Of a stretch of DNA of 64,000 bases, positions 39,870-50,257 are shown piece by piece. The notes beneath the pieces are model-generated. The model did not search any database. It was not told the origin of the DNA and saw nothing but the letters and a program-made list of their open reading frames with translations. Within the stretch, counting starts at the first letter, position 1, and each line of letters starts with the position of its first letter. The position numbers and the translations under genes are program-made. The DNA is taken from the NCBI RefSeq assembly GCF_006345805.1, contig NC_042997.1:45260001-45324000 (forward strand), given 5' to 3'. The DNA comes from Octopus sinensis. Its lineage: Eukaryota.

Positions 39870-41041
39870 ATTTTGAATTATCTGGCATTTCTTCCTCCAT
39901 GTATATATACCATATTTCTGTGGGGAATAGGTTTATTGGTTTTTTTGTTTTGTTTTGTTTTGTGATAGATTTCTTTTCTTTTTCAAGAAAAGGAAGAGAA
40001 AGAAGACAGTAAAAATTTATAATCGCAATAATTTTAAGATGGCTTTTTTTTTTCTTTTCCCATATTGGAATGGGTTTACTATGTACATTTATCTATATGT
40101 GCATGTGTGCATGTATATGTGTGTGTATATATATATATATGCATACATCTATGTTTATATGTGCATGTGTGAATATTGATGTATATATATGTATATATAT
40201 GTATATATAAACTCTTATGACAGCTGCAACTCAATTTCAAGCAATGCTATCGCTTGGTTTTTCATAAAGCATGAGCAGTACGGATATGGCTTTTCAGCCC
40301 AGCTCGAGAACAACACTCCTTTGCACAGATGTGCAAACGAAAGATGCCAGACAACTGCACCAAGCTCTGCTGTCTACTTTGGCATGATTTCTACAGCTGG
40401 ATACCCTTCCTAACACCAAACAAAGGTTTGTGTGTGTGTGTGTGTGTGTGTGAATTGAGCAGGCCTTCAGTAAAAGGCATTTTAATTGACTTTGCATTAA
40501 TTTGTCAAAATATTTTCGCCGCTTTGAGACCAGCATGGAATTTTGTCAGTGAACAGGTCACAGTCTCAAAGCGATGAAAATATTTTGACAAATTAAATTT
40601 AAATGTTGAAGTGAATCTAACGGATTTTGTGTGTTTCTTAAATGGCTTATAAACACCTTACACGCTGCAATTGTTTGCATTATTATACTAGTATAAATAT
40701 AACAGAAGCAATGAGGAACTAATAGCTATCTTTAATTTTTCATTTTTTCCTAACCATTTAGGTTAATCCTCATCAAGCAGTCCTTTGATGAAGACATTTT
40801 ACCTGTAATACAAATTCTTTTGTCTTTTCATGAATGGGAGAGCACACTATTCAACGTGTCATTTCATTTTTAAGATGGTAAGAGTGAGCTTCTTGAGGGA
40901 GAGTTAACTGTTGTTTATACTTTAAGCAGACCTATGATGAAAGCCTTCCAGCCATGATCATCTATCATTATTTTATATCAGGAACTCTATTTGATGATTA
41001 CATCTTCCATTTTTAAGATCGTAGGATGAGATATGAAGTTT

Positions 41042-41079
<38 letters not shown>

Positions 41080-41166
41080 TGTGAGTGTGTGTGTGTGTCT
41101 GTATGTGTGTGTGTATATGTGTGTACACACATAATAATGATGGCATCTATATATTTGTGTGTGTGT

Positions 41167-41574
41167 ATCATCATCATCATCATCGTTTAGCGTCCGTTTT
41201 CTGCGCTAGCACGGGTTGGACGGTTCGACCGGGGTCTGGGAAGCCAGGGGCTGCACCGGGCTCCAATCTGATCTGGCAGAGTTTCTACAGCTGGATGCCC
41301 TTCCTAACGCCAACCACTCCGCGAGTGTAGTGGGTGCTTTTTACGTGCCACCTGCACAGGTGCCAGGGGGTGGTCTGGCACCGGCACGGAAGCTAGCCAA
41401 GGCGGTGCTGGCAACGGCCACGTTCGGATGGTGCTTTTTTATGTGCCACTGGCACTGGAGCCAGTCGAGGCAGCGCTGGCATCGGCCACGTTCGGACGGT
41501 GCCTTTTATGTGCCACCAGCACAGAAGCCAGTCGGGGCGGCGCTGGCATCGGCCACGTTCGGATGGTGCTTTTT
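41167..41574 (-). mobile_element. family B copy with variant VNTR (about 4 units)
   Basis: (atc)n-gtttagcgtccg..; units contain ggccacgttcggatggtgctttt with different spacer sequence than in the 6.5 kb copy. Confidence 0.88.
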
Positions 41575-41660
41575 ATATATATATATATATTATATATATA
41601 TATACAGACATACATACACAGTAGACACAGATACACACACACACAGGCATAATATATTAT

Positions 41661-42041
41661 AGACATGGCTGCATGGTTATAGAAGCTTGCTTTCCAAGCT
41701 TATGATCTCAGGTGAAGTCCCACTGTACAGTATCTTGGGCAAGTGTCTTCTACTGTAGCCCTAGGCTGACTGATGCTTCGTGAGTTAATTTTGGTTTGAT
41801 GTAAACTGAAAAAAGCCCATCTTATCGATGCACATGTATGTTTGCTTGACATCATCTGATGATAGGAAAGAAACATTACCATCACATAAGCAATGTTGTA
41901 TGTTTTCAGTCTTCCATTGAAAGCATGTCTGGAGGTATTAGGGATAGTTGATAACAGGAAGGGCATTTGGCAGTAGAAAAACCTGCATCATCAAGTTCCA
42001 TCGGAACCATGCAAGTACAGAAAAATGGACATTAAACGATG
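41661..42041 (+). mobile_element. SINE with A-type head and B-type tail
   Basis: atcttgggcaagtgtcttctactgtagccc..gtaaactgaaaaaagccc, then aacaggaagggcatttggcagtagaaaa..aatggacattaaacgatg. Confidence 0.65.
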
Positions 42042-42084
42042 GCGTACATATACATATGTGTGTGTGTGTGTGTATACACATACA

Positions 42085-42290
42085 CATGTTGACAAATTTC
42101 TGGCTTTAAAGGTATTGCGAAATGCCTGGTTGAAGGCCCAACCTTCTGAGTTCTTTTACAGGACTTAGAAAAACTGAAGGACCGCTGCAATAAGTGCGTG
42201 AATCTGGGAATATGTTGAACATAATCATAATTAACTGATTCTCCTGTATTTTCTTTTACCCAAAGCCAGGAACTTTTCAGCACCCCCTTG
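42085..42290 (+). mobile_element. non-autonomous mariner derivative (~200 bp)
   Basis: Right TIR aaagccaggaacttttcagcacccccttg followed by TA; degenerate left TIR aatttctggcttt; internal LEKLKDRCNKCVNL resembles the mariner transposase C-terminus. Confidence 0.7.
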
Positions 42291-42407
42291 TACATACTAA
42301 CACAAACAAACATACAGATGTAAACTTACAACCTGTAGACATATAAACGAATGTATATGTAATAATATTGTGAGGGTGTAACAGTTATTGGCATATTTTT
42401 TACATAA

Positions 42408-42643
42408 AGGCGGCAAGCTGGCAGAAACGTTAGCACACCGGGCAAAATGCTTAGCGGTATTTCGTCTGTGTTACGTTGTCAGTTCAAATTCCGCCGAGGT
42501 CGACTTTGCCTTTCATCCTTTCGGGGTCAATAAATTAAGTACCAGTAACGCACTGGGGTCGATGTAATCGACATAATACCTATGTCTGTCCTTGTTTTTC
42601 CTCTCTGTGTTTAGCCCCTTGTGGGTAATAAAGAAATAGGTAT
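42408..42643 (+). mobile_element. SINE family F, best-preserved copy
   Basis: ggcggcaagctggcagaaacgttagcac..gttcaaattccgccgaggtcgactttgcctttcatcctttcggggtc..aagtaccag..aataaagaaat. Confidence 0.8.
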
Positions 42644-43239
42644 ATTTTTTACAGTAAACAGTGTCAGATAGAGAACTCAATATGAAATGTAGAGTAGGAA
42701 ATAAATGTTTTACATAATAAATCACAGCTGTTACTTATAACTTTTGCTGTATTGGCTTCTCTGACTGTAAAATTAGAGTAAAATTCTATTTCTATTATAA
42801 TGTTGTTCAAATGAGGCCTGGTCAAATTTCTGGCTGTTTAAATGATTGCTGCAGGGGACTATGAGAAGAAGAGAGAAGAGACAGCGCTGACTGTCTTTAG
42901 TGAAGCGCCAAGCTACTAATCTATCGGTGGAGAGAAGACAGGTATCCTTTCATTAATTAACGTTTAAGAAGATTAGAAATGAATACGATCAATCTCACTT
43001 TTTCCACCCACAGAGAGACAAAACTAGTGATGGAGCCATTTCATTCACTTTCCACAGTTTCAGACTAAAGATGTATAACTATCAAAAGTACTCAATACTT
43101 TACATTAAATTTCAAAGAGAAAAAAAAAACAAAAGACTATAAGAAAAAAAAAAGAAAAGAAAAAGAGAACAGAAAATGTTGTGTAGTGAACTATGAATTT
43201 ATATAAATTATGGACTCTCCTGTTGAAGACAACATATTA

Positions 43240-43499
43240 GAGTTCAGCATTTGCTGAACAACCTACATAAGTGTTTGTAGTGATCAAATGTTCATGCTGC
43301 ACATTAGCTCACTCCCTCCATCAAGTCAGCGGTTCCTAAGCAGGTGCATTGTGTGCCATGCGTCAGGTGTCAACATGGTCAATGGGCAATGAGAGATGAA
43401 GTGTTTTGCTCAAGAACACAACACACCACCTGGTCCAGGAATTGAAATCATGATCTCACAATCATGAGCACAACACCCTAACAACTAGGCCATGCACCC
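43240..43499 (-). mobile_element. tRNA-headed SINE family D
   Basis: Reverse-complement homologue of 48994-49265 (gtgtagc/acaaacatttgatcacta body; ttgagcaaaacac). Confidence 0.75.
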
Positions 43500-43518
43500 T
43501 TACACACACACACACACA

Positions 43519-43574
<56 letters not shown>

Positions 43575-43575
<1 letters not shown>

Positions 43576-43866
43576 TTCAGTCATTAGATTGCAACCATTC
43601 TGAAGCACAATCCTGTAGGATTAGTTGAACAAATAGCCTACTATATCTATTTTTTAAGTCCTGCTATGTTTACAGAAGTAAACACATGCACACACACACA
43701 CACACAACAAACTTTAATACAATTTCCTTTGACCAAATTCACTCGCAAGGCATTATTTGGCTGGAGCGCTATAGTAGAAGACACTTGCCCCTGGTGACAC
43801 AGAGTGGAACTAAACCCAAAACCATATGATTGCAAAGTGAACATCTTAACCACACAGCCATGCCTG
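43575..43866 (-). mobile_element. old family A-related SINE
   Basis: gctatagtagaagacacttgccc..accacacagccatgcc head and tttcagtcat tail. Confidence 0.65.
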
Positions 43867-44375
43867 TTCTGGAGTATACCACCTTGCAAAGTTAAGGTTG
43901 CTCAACCTGCTGGAAATGAACAAACAGCCAAAATGATAAATAGGAGAATATGAATATAAATTTAGAAGAAATATGAAAAAGAATTAAAAAAAAATTTTTT
44001 TTTAATGAAAAGGTAAGGAAAAAAGAGACGATGTGCTAGGATGGCTTTAATCAGAAGCTTACTTTCTCAGAGCCGACATGACTTATAATAAGAACTACAG
44101 TCACAATAATAATTTGAGGCAGTAAGAGAGTAGTAATTAGTTCCTGATAAGTCAATTAAGATGAATTTGTATACTATGTCACTCAAAGCTGACTGTGTGA
44201 CTAGTTTTGGTTAAAACCATTTAAGAAAGAACAGTTCATCTTCTATATTTTAATTCTTTGTGCTTTCTTCTCCATTGAGGGTGTGGCTTGTAAACATCAT
44301 CTCCCAGGACAATAAGCTACATCACTATAGTTTTCTTTTATCAAATTACCAGCCAATTGTAGCAACTATCTTTAA

Positions 44376-44597
44376 CCTTTTTGATGCCAACCCACCTCAG
44401 ACCACCTACGGTTCTGTGATATAAATTTCATGATTTAAAGCAAACTAAATGAAAACCTTCCATTAAAATTTCATGTTAATTTATATTCAAAACATCAGCT
44501 TAATAATAACAAAGTTATTTTACTAAATCTTTCATTATTTTCAAAATTAGTTAAAACAAAGACTGTGTATTTCAATAAAAATTCACTAACAAAAGGG
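44376..44597. mobile_element. piggyBac-type MITE
   Basis: TTAA at 44372-44375 and 44598-44601; termini cctttttg / caaaaggg. Confidence 0.65.
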
Positions 44598-44875
44598 TTA
44601 ATCATTTTTGTTTTATTTCCTTTGTATAACAGCATTGTCTATTATCTCATTTATGGCTATTCTAGAAAGCCACATAATTCTTTCAAAAGAGTCACCAACT
44701 ATTCATGTGTTTACCTGATTTGCTAAAAATGTAGCCAAAATTCTTTCAAGCTGCACTTATCATCTTTAAAAATAAAAGATGTTATGGTCATGAATGAAAT
44801 GCTCTTGAGTGGATGTCTGTTCAATAAGGACCATCTTGGGGCTAAACAACAAAAATTCTTTCAGTTTTATTAAAA

Positions 44876-45427
44876 ACTAGCAGTATAACCTGGCTTTGCC
44901 TGGGATTAAGTTAGGAATATTAAGCTAATCAACTTCTCTATTTCAAACCAAACTAAGTAATACTGATATCAAATTTGGGCGAAATCCATTGAAATTGGTT
45001 TATATATATCGGCAACATACACACACACACATACACACAAATACACACACGTATGTATGTACACCTATTGCATACATGTTCGTGTGTGTGTGTTACCTGT
45101 ATATCAACAAAACACTTTTTATTGATGGAAAAAAAAAAACAACAAAAAGTCTTAACAAAAACTTACTCGTCGCTAAAACAGGACTTAACTCCTGTTTGCA
45201 AACAATGGTGATTTCTCCGACTTGAAAATTGTTAAAAGTTTTGGTTGAAAATTAATTTTTACTGCTATTAGCTGGTGCCTCTGGGAAAAATAAGTTGACG
45301 AAAATACAGCTGGGGTTATGACAAATGTCCTACTAGAATTGGAACGACATGCGTGCTAATTTGTGGACATGCATAAATTACGTTCACGGACACACAGACA
45401 CAAATCCAGCCTTTTATATATACAGAT
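44876..45427 (+). mobile_element. non-autonomous Helitron/Helentron-type (Lep1/DINE-like) element
   Basis: 5' actagcagtataacctggctttgcctggg subterminal hairpin; 3' cacacagacac microsatellite followed by gccttttatatatacagat. This end architecture is typical of such elements (from memory). Confidence 0.55.
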
Positions 45428-46786
45428 AATACTGAGATTTTTTTCGTGTGTCTGTTATTCTTTACAAAAGGTTGATAGCTTTGCCATTTATGATAATCAA
45501 GATAAGTCTGTTGTCATGTTTGTATGAAATAGCACTTGGTCTCATATATAGGAACATATTTATAAAAACCTAGAAATTTGAAAAAAAAAAAAGGGAAATT
45601 TACATAACATTTTTAATATATGCATTCCTAAGGTTAAAGAAGATTTTTATTATGATAATAAAATTTAGGTACCACTTCAGCTTCAGCTATTCTGATAGGT
45701 AATATATTCGGATGTGTTCTAACAATACCTATTCAATTGTAAGTTACATTCACTGAATATATATCTACTTTAAGCTATATTCAGTCAATACTTAGCTAAT
45801 TTAAGCCAAAAGAACATTTCAATAAAAAATAAATCTAGTCTCAAATAAAACAAGAAATTAAAAAAAAGTATTTATATATACAGATACACATATATATATA
45901 TATATATATGCATTTATAAATTCCTACATATATACACACACACACACACTATAATATTCTTTAAAGGACAATAATATGTCTTCTTGAGAGAGGGAGAGAG
46001 AGGAGGAAGGGAGGGATAATTTGGCATCTTCAGCTAATTCTGTAGACTAAGCAACGTCATAGATATAAAAAAAAAGAAGCCCAGAACAACACAGCTTTGA
46101 TGATATTTAATCAATATTATCTTGATAAAGCATGTGACATTTTGAATACTAACACAGTCAATGTTTCAATAACTGATATTCTGAATACCCCTGGAAGTAA
46201 AGTTGTGGAATTCAATATTCAGTAATTGACTTACTACACACACACACACACAGACACACACACACACTCGCTCTTTGTCTACCTACCTATCATAGATAGA
46301 TAGACAGACAGACAGATAGACATGTGCATGAGCAAAGACAGTGATGTGAAAAACTCAGAGTAGAGTAAATAATCAGCTTCAGGTACATAAAAAGCTCTAC
46401 TACATAACTTGGATACTTTACTCCTATTTCTGTACCAAGCTGTGCTTGTACTACCTACACACACACATACACACACATTATAGACTGATATATTCAGACA
46501 AGTGTTCTCATCTTGTACAGCCGATCCAAGAAAAAGTTTATCATCAGCAATAAAACAAGAAGAGTATACTCTAAATATCAGAGCAAATGCTTGAAGCAGT
46601 TAAAAAGGGAAAAGGAAGAAACTAGGCAGGGTGGTCCTTTGATGCTAGATCTAGAGGTGAAGTAGCCCACATTGGAAAATAACTATATGAGATGAAACTT
46701 AAATCAGAGTTGAAGAAAAAAGCAAGGTGACCCATTAAGTGGGTCATAACCATTGAGGGAAAAAAACCTGGACTGAAACTATATGG

Positions 46787-47066
46787 TACTCTTTTACTCT
46801 TTTATTTGTTTCAGTCATGTGACTGAGGCCATGCTGGAGCACTGCCTTTGGTCGAGCAACTCGACCCCAGGACTTATTCTTTCTAAGCCTACTACTTATT
46901 CTATCGGTCTCTTTTGCTGAACTACTAAGTTACAGAGACGTAACACATCATCATCAGTTGTCAAGTGATGTTGTGGGGGAAAACACAGACACACAAACAT
47001 TTACACACACATACATATATATATATATCATATATATATATATATACATATATATATACACATATA

Positions 47067-47105
<39 letters not shown>

Positions 47106-47276
47106 CATATATACGACGGGCTTCTTTCAGTTTCCGTCTACCAAATCCACTCACAAGGCTTTGGTCGGCCTGAGGCTATAGTAGAAGACACTTGCCCAAG
47201 GAGCCACGCAGTGGGACTGAACCTGGAACCATGTGGTTCATAAGCAAGCTACTTACCACACAGCCACTCCTATGCC
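46787..47276 (-). mobile_element. SINE family A (copy 4) with expanded internal microsatellite
   Basis: Full modules; internal TA-rich tract of about 100 nt. Confidence 0.9.
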
Positions 47277-47576
47277 TATGGTTATGGTGTGCACAACCAA
47301 TTCATAGATAAACTAAAAACTAGGGATTTAGGGTGCTACACAAGGTGCCTTGGAAATACAATATAAGGACTCCTCCATAGCATACAAGAAACAGTGTATA
47401 ATGAAAGCAGCAGATTATTGATATGAGTATGATGAAATAACAGTCAAACTCTACCAACATGTTACACAGAAACACAATGGATCAAGGCACCTTGGGCAAG
47501 TGTCTTCTACTTTAGCCTTGGGCCTACCAAAGCCTTGTGAGTGGATTTAGTAGACGGAAACTGAAAGAAGCCCATC

Positions 47577-47615
<39 letters not shown>

Positions 47616-47617
<2 letters not shown>

Positions 47618-48284
47618 ATAAACGGTAAGATAACAAAAGAAAGAAAGAGACCTCAATTTAGTAAATAGAGGAAATTTTCTATACAATATGTTACATTTAC
47701 CGGTAGTCAAGATAAAACTCTGAGTTTCAGATCCGAGTGGAAATCCACAAAACCATCTCTTCGTTTCTGGCTATTTGAAAACGTTAGAAAAAATACCGTT
47801 AAAATGAAGGGAATTACTCTGTATAATCTGCTTTGCCAGATGAAGCCCTATACCAACGCAGGCGGAAGGTGCGGTTTATGCGACATGAGAATGGCTATCT
47901 GGAAAAGCAGCTTAGACCCTACCACATGTCTAAATACAAGGACGACGTTTTCGGATCATGCCCACATGTGACTAATTTTCTGTTACGTTTTTGGTCCCCT
48001 AAAGAAAACGGAGAACATGCTTTCTGGGTATGTCCCAAGAAGATTTTTATATTTTATATTTTATATATTTTTATGTATTTTATATAATTTTTATGACGAA
48101 ATGCGAGCGATGTATAAGTACACAGGCAAAGCAGAGTTATACAGAGTATTTCCCTTCATTTTTAACGGTATTTTTTCATACGTTTTCAAATAGCAGATAA
48201 CCGAAGAGAATGGTGTTGTGGATTTCCACTTCGGCATCTGAAACTCAGATTTTATCTTGACTACCGAGTAATGTAACATATTAT

Positions 48285-48286
<2 letters not shown>
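47616..48286 (+). mobile_element. 5'-truncated Penelope-like element with inverted terminal repeat
   Basis: Arms 47679-47837 and 48125-48286 are inverted copies. The core reads KPYTNAGGRCGLCD..MAIWK..CLNTR/DVFGSCPH, matching the Penelope GIY-YIG C-terminal PY.N..RC.LC..E..I..LN.R.E..C.H motif. Both arms carry hammerhead-like folds. Confidence 0.78.
48195..48257 (+). ncRNA. type I hammerhead-like motif (CCGAAGA core, long helix II region)
   Basis: AGAUAA-CCGAAGA-[32 nt with GUGG/CCAC hairpin]-GAA-ACUCAGAU-U-UUAUCU; 6 bp helix I. The inverted arm (47710-47768) keeps an intact helix III ACUCAGAGU but a damaged core. Confidence 0.55.
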
Positions 48287-48322
<36 letters not shown>

Positions 48323-48993
48323 TATATATGTGTGTGTGTGTTTATGTGTTTGTGTTTGTCCCCCAGCATCACTTGACAACCGATACTGGTGTGTTTACGT
48401 CCCCATAACTTAGCGGTTCGGCAAGAGAGGCCGATAGAATAAGTCCTGGGGTTGAGTTGCTCAACTAAAGGCAGTGCTCCAGCATGGCCACAGTCAAATG
48501 ACTGAAACAAGTAAAAGAGTAAAAGAGTAAAGAGTAATAGAATACCAATTCTTACCAAATATCCTAGAGCCAGCTCTCTGATCGTTAATAGAAATTGATG
48601 CAACATACTGGAAGCAGATTCTAGATGTAGATGCTATGTTCTTTAAACCGAAAGAATGAGAGGAGTAGCAATGACTCCCAATTGCATTGCTTGCTTCAGC
48701 TGTGCTGACAGTCGAGTATTAGTATTTTGGCTGATACTATAGCATGCTTTTTCTCTCTGTAATCCATGCAGGCCACCACAACAATCTGTGGGAGGTGGGC
48801 AGGTGTAACTACTCCAATCATGCAGTAATTACTTTGCTTTGATACTCTCAGAGATTTGCTCTTTGATCTCAGCTTTGATCTTTCACACTCATACGTCTGA
48901 TGTATCTGTAATAAAGCATTTTCAATTTCACTCTCAAGTTCATGAATCACTAGACTACTATCCTGTCAAAGTCCAATGACAGCTAGGAGGGGG

Positions 48994-49265
48994 GTGATGG
49001 CACGTAGTTAGTGGTTAGGGTGTGGCACTCATGATCTAATGATTACGATTTCAATTCCTAGCCAAGCTGGTGTGTTGTGTCCTTGAGCAAAACACGTCAT
49101 CTCACATTGCTCTGCCATCACGTCGACACCTGATGCGTGGTACACCATAGACCTGTTCAGATAACATCAATTTGATGGAGAGGGTCAGCTAATGTGTAGC
49201 ACAAACATTTGATCACTATAAACAAATCATTTGTGCAGCTCTTTCGGTAAAAGCTGAACACTCAT
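48994..49265 (+). mobile_element. tRNA-headed SINE family D
   Basis: tagttagtggttaggg..atttcaattcc..gtgtccttgagcaaaacac; body shared with 43240-43499. Confidence 0.75.
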
Positions 49266-50094
49266 ACACTGCCACTGATGGAAGAGTCCATTATTACACC
49301 CCTACTGGAAGCACTACACTACCTTTCTCATGTTTGTGACTAACATGGTAGTCTAGTGTTTTCATATTTTAGGAATTTCCTTTCATGTCCCCACCCCATT
49401 CTATTTTCCCAAAGTACCATCAACTCAATATTCAGGACTATGTTTGTCAGGTCAGTCCATGCTGTAAAGTCATAGCACTGCATTGTTTTTGCAATATAGC
49501 TTGAGAATATATGCACTTTATTCAAATTCACATGTACAGTTCAATGAAAGGCATTTCTAATTGTGTGGGATAGTTCACTTCTAATTGTAGCTTTAATGAA
49601 CATCACACCCAAGAACCTGTTGCTGTCAGAACATGAATGTGCCTTACGTAGTTTCTTTCTTTTTTGTTCTAACCTGTTCATGCATTTGTGTTCCGATAAA
49701 TAAAGCATATTCTGTTATTCATTTATAGATAAACAGATATACATGCACACACAGTGCACACTTAAGAGTGATTGCACACACTCACACACACACGCACACA
49801 CACACACGCACACACACACACGCACACACACACACACACACACACACCACACACACATATTTGTAACTGTGTCAGTGAATGTTTGAGGTTTTGGATTATT
49901 ACTGAAGTAAGAAAGCCAGATAGAGGCAGAGACAAATCAATAAACAATGCAAGAGAGAAAGGGGGAGTGACAGGGTCAAAGCTGAGAGGAGAGACAGAGG
50001 GAGGGAGAGAGAGAGAGAGAGAGAGAGAGAAAGTGCTCTAACTGAACCATAGTCTCAGGCTAATACTACATATGAAGTGTGCAGTGGTCTATCA

Positions 50095-50257
50095 TATGTG
50101 TATTCTAGCAAAAACTGTCCGATGAACAGCAACGGGAAACTCAGAGTAACAGGTTTTGTTGAATTTTCTGCTGCTTTAAATAAAGCATATTACTCTACCA
50201 CTGGTATTTGAGTACTCTTTTCTCCACCTTGTTTCACATTTATGTGTTTACTCCAGT
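50095..50257 (+). mobile_element. Penelope-like 3' end terminating in (TA)n
   Basis: Hammerhead-like motif, then aataaa, then a pyrimidine-rich tail abutting (TA)n at 50258. Confidence 0.6.
50109..50158 (+). ncRNA. minimal type I hammerhead-like motif (CCGAUGA core)
   Basis: CAAAAACUGU-CCGAUGA-ACAGCAACGG-GAA-ACUC(A)GAGU-A-ACAGGUUUUG: helix I of 10 positions with one mismatch, palindromic helix III, GUA site. Helix II pairs poorly in this copy. Confidence 0.62.

Larger units (their letters stand above)
47486..48537 (+). mobile_element. SINE family A (copy 5), 5'-truncated, interrupted by a Penelope-like insertion
   Basis: 5' module at 47486-47580 and 3' module at 48330-48537; ~670 bp of foreign sequence lies inside the (TA)n spacer. 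Confidence 0.88.

Noticed and set aside
42855-42941. 87 nt segment with cag|G acceptor and AG|gtatcc donor
   Set aside because: All three frames contain stops and the pyrimidine tract is poor. It could only be a UTR exon, which I cannot support.
48750-48800. IVVVACMDYR resembling the beta-carbonic anhydrase CxDxR motif
   Set aside because: The downstream RNAG and HxxC motifs are missing and the frame stops 20 codons later; coincidence.
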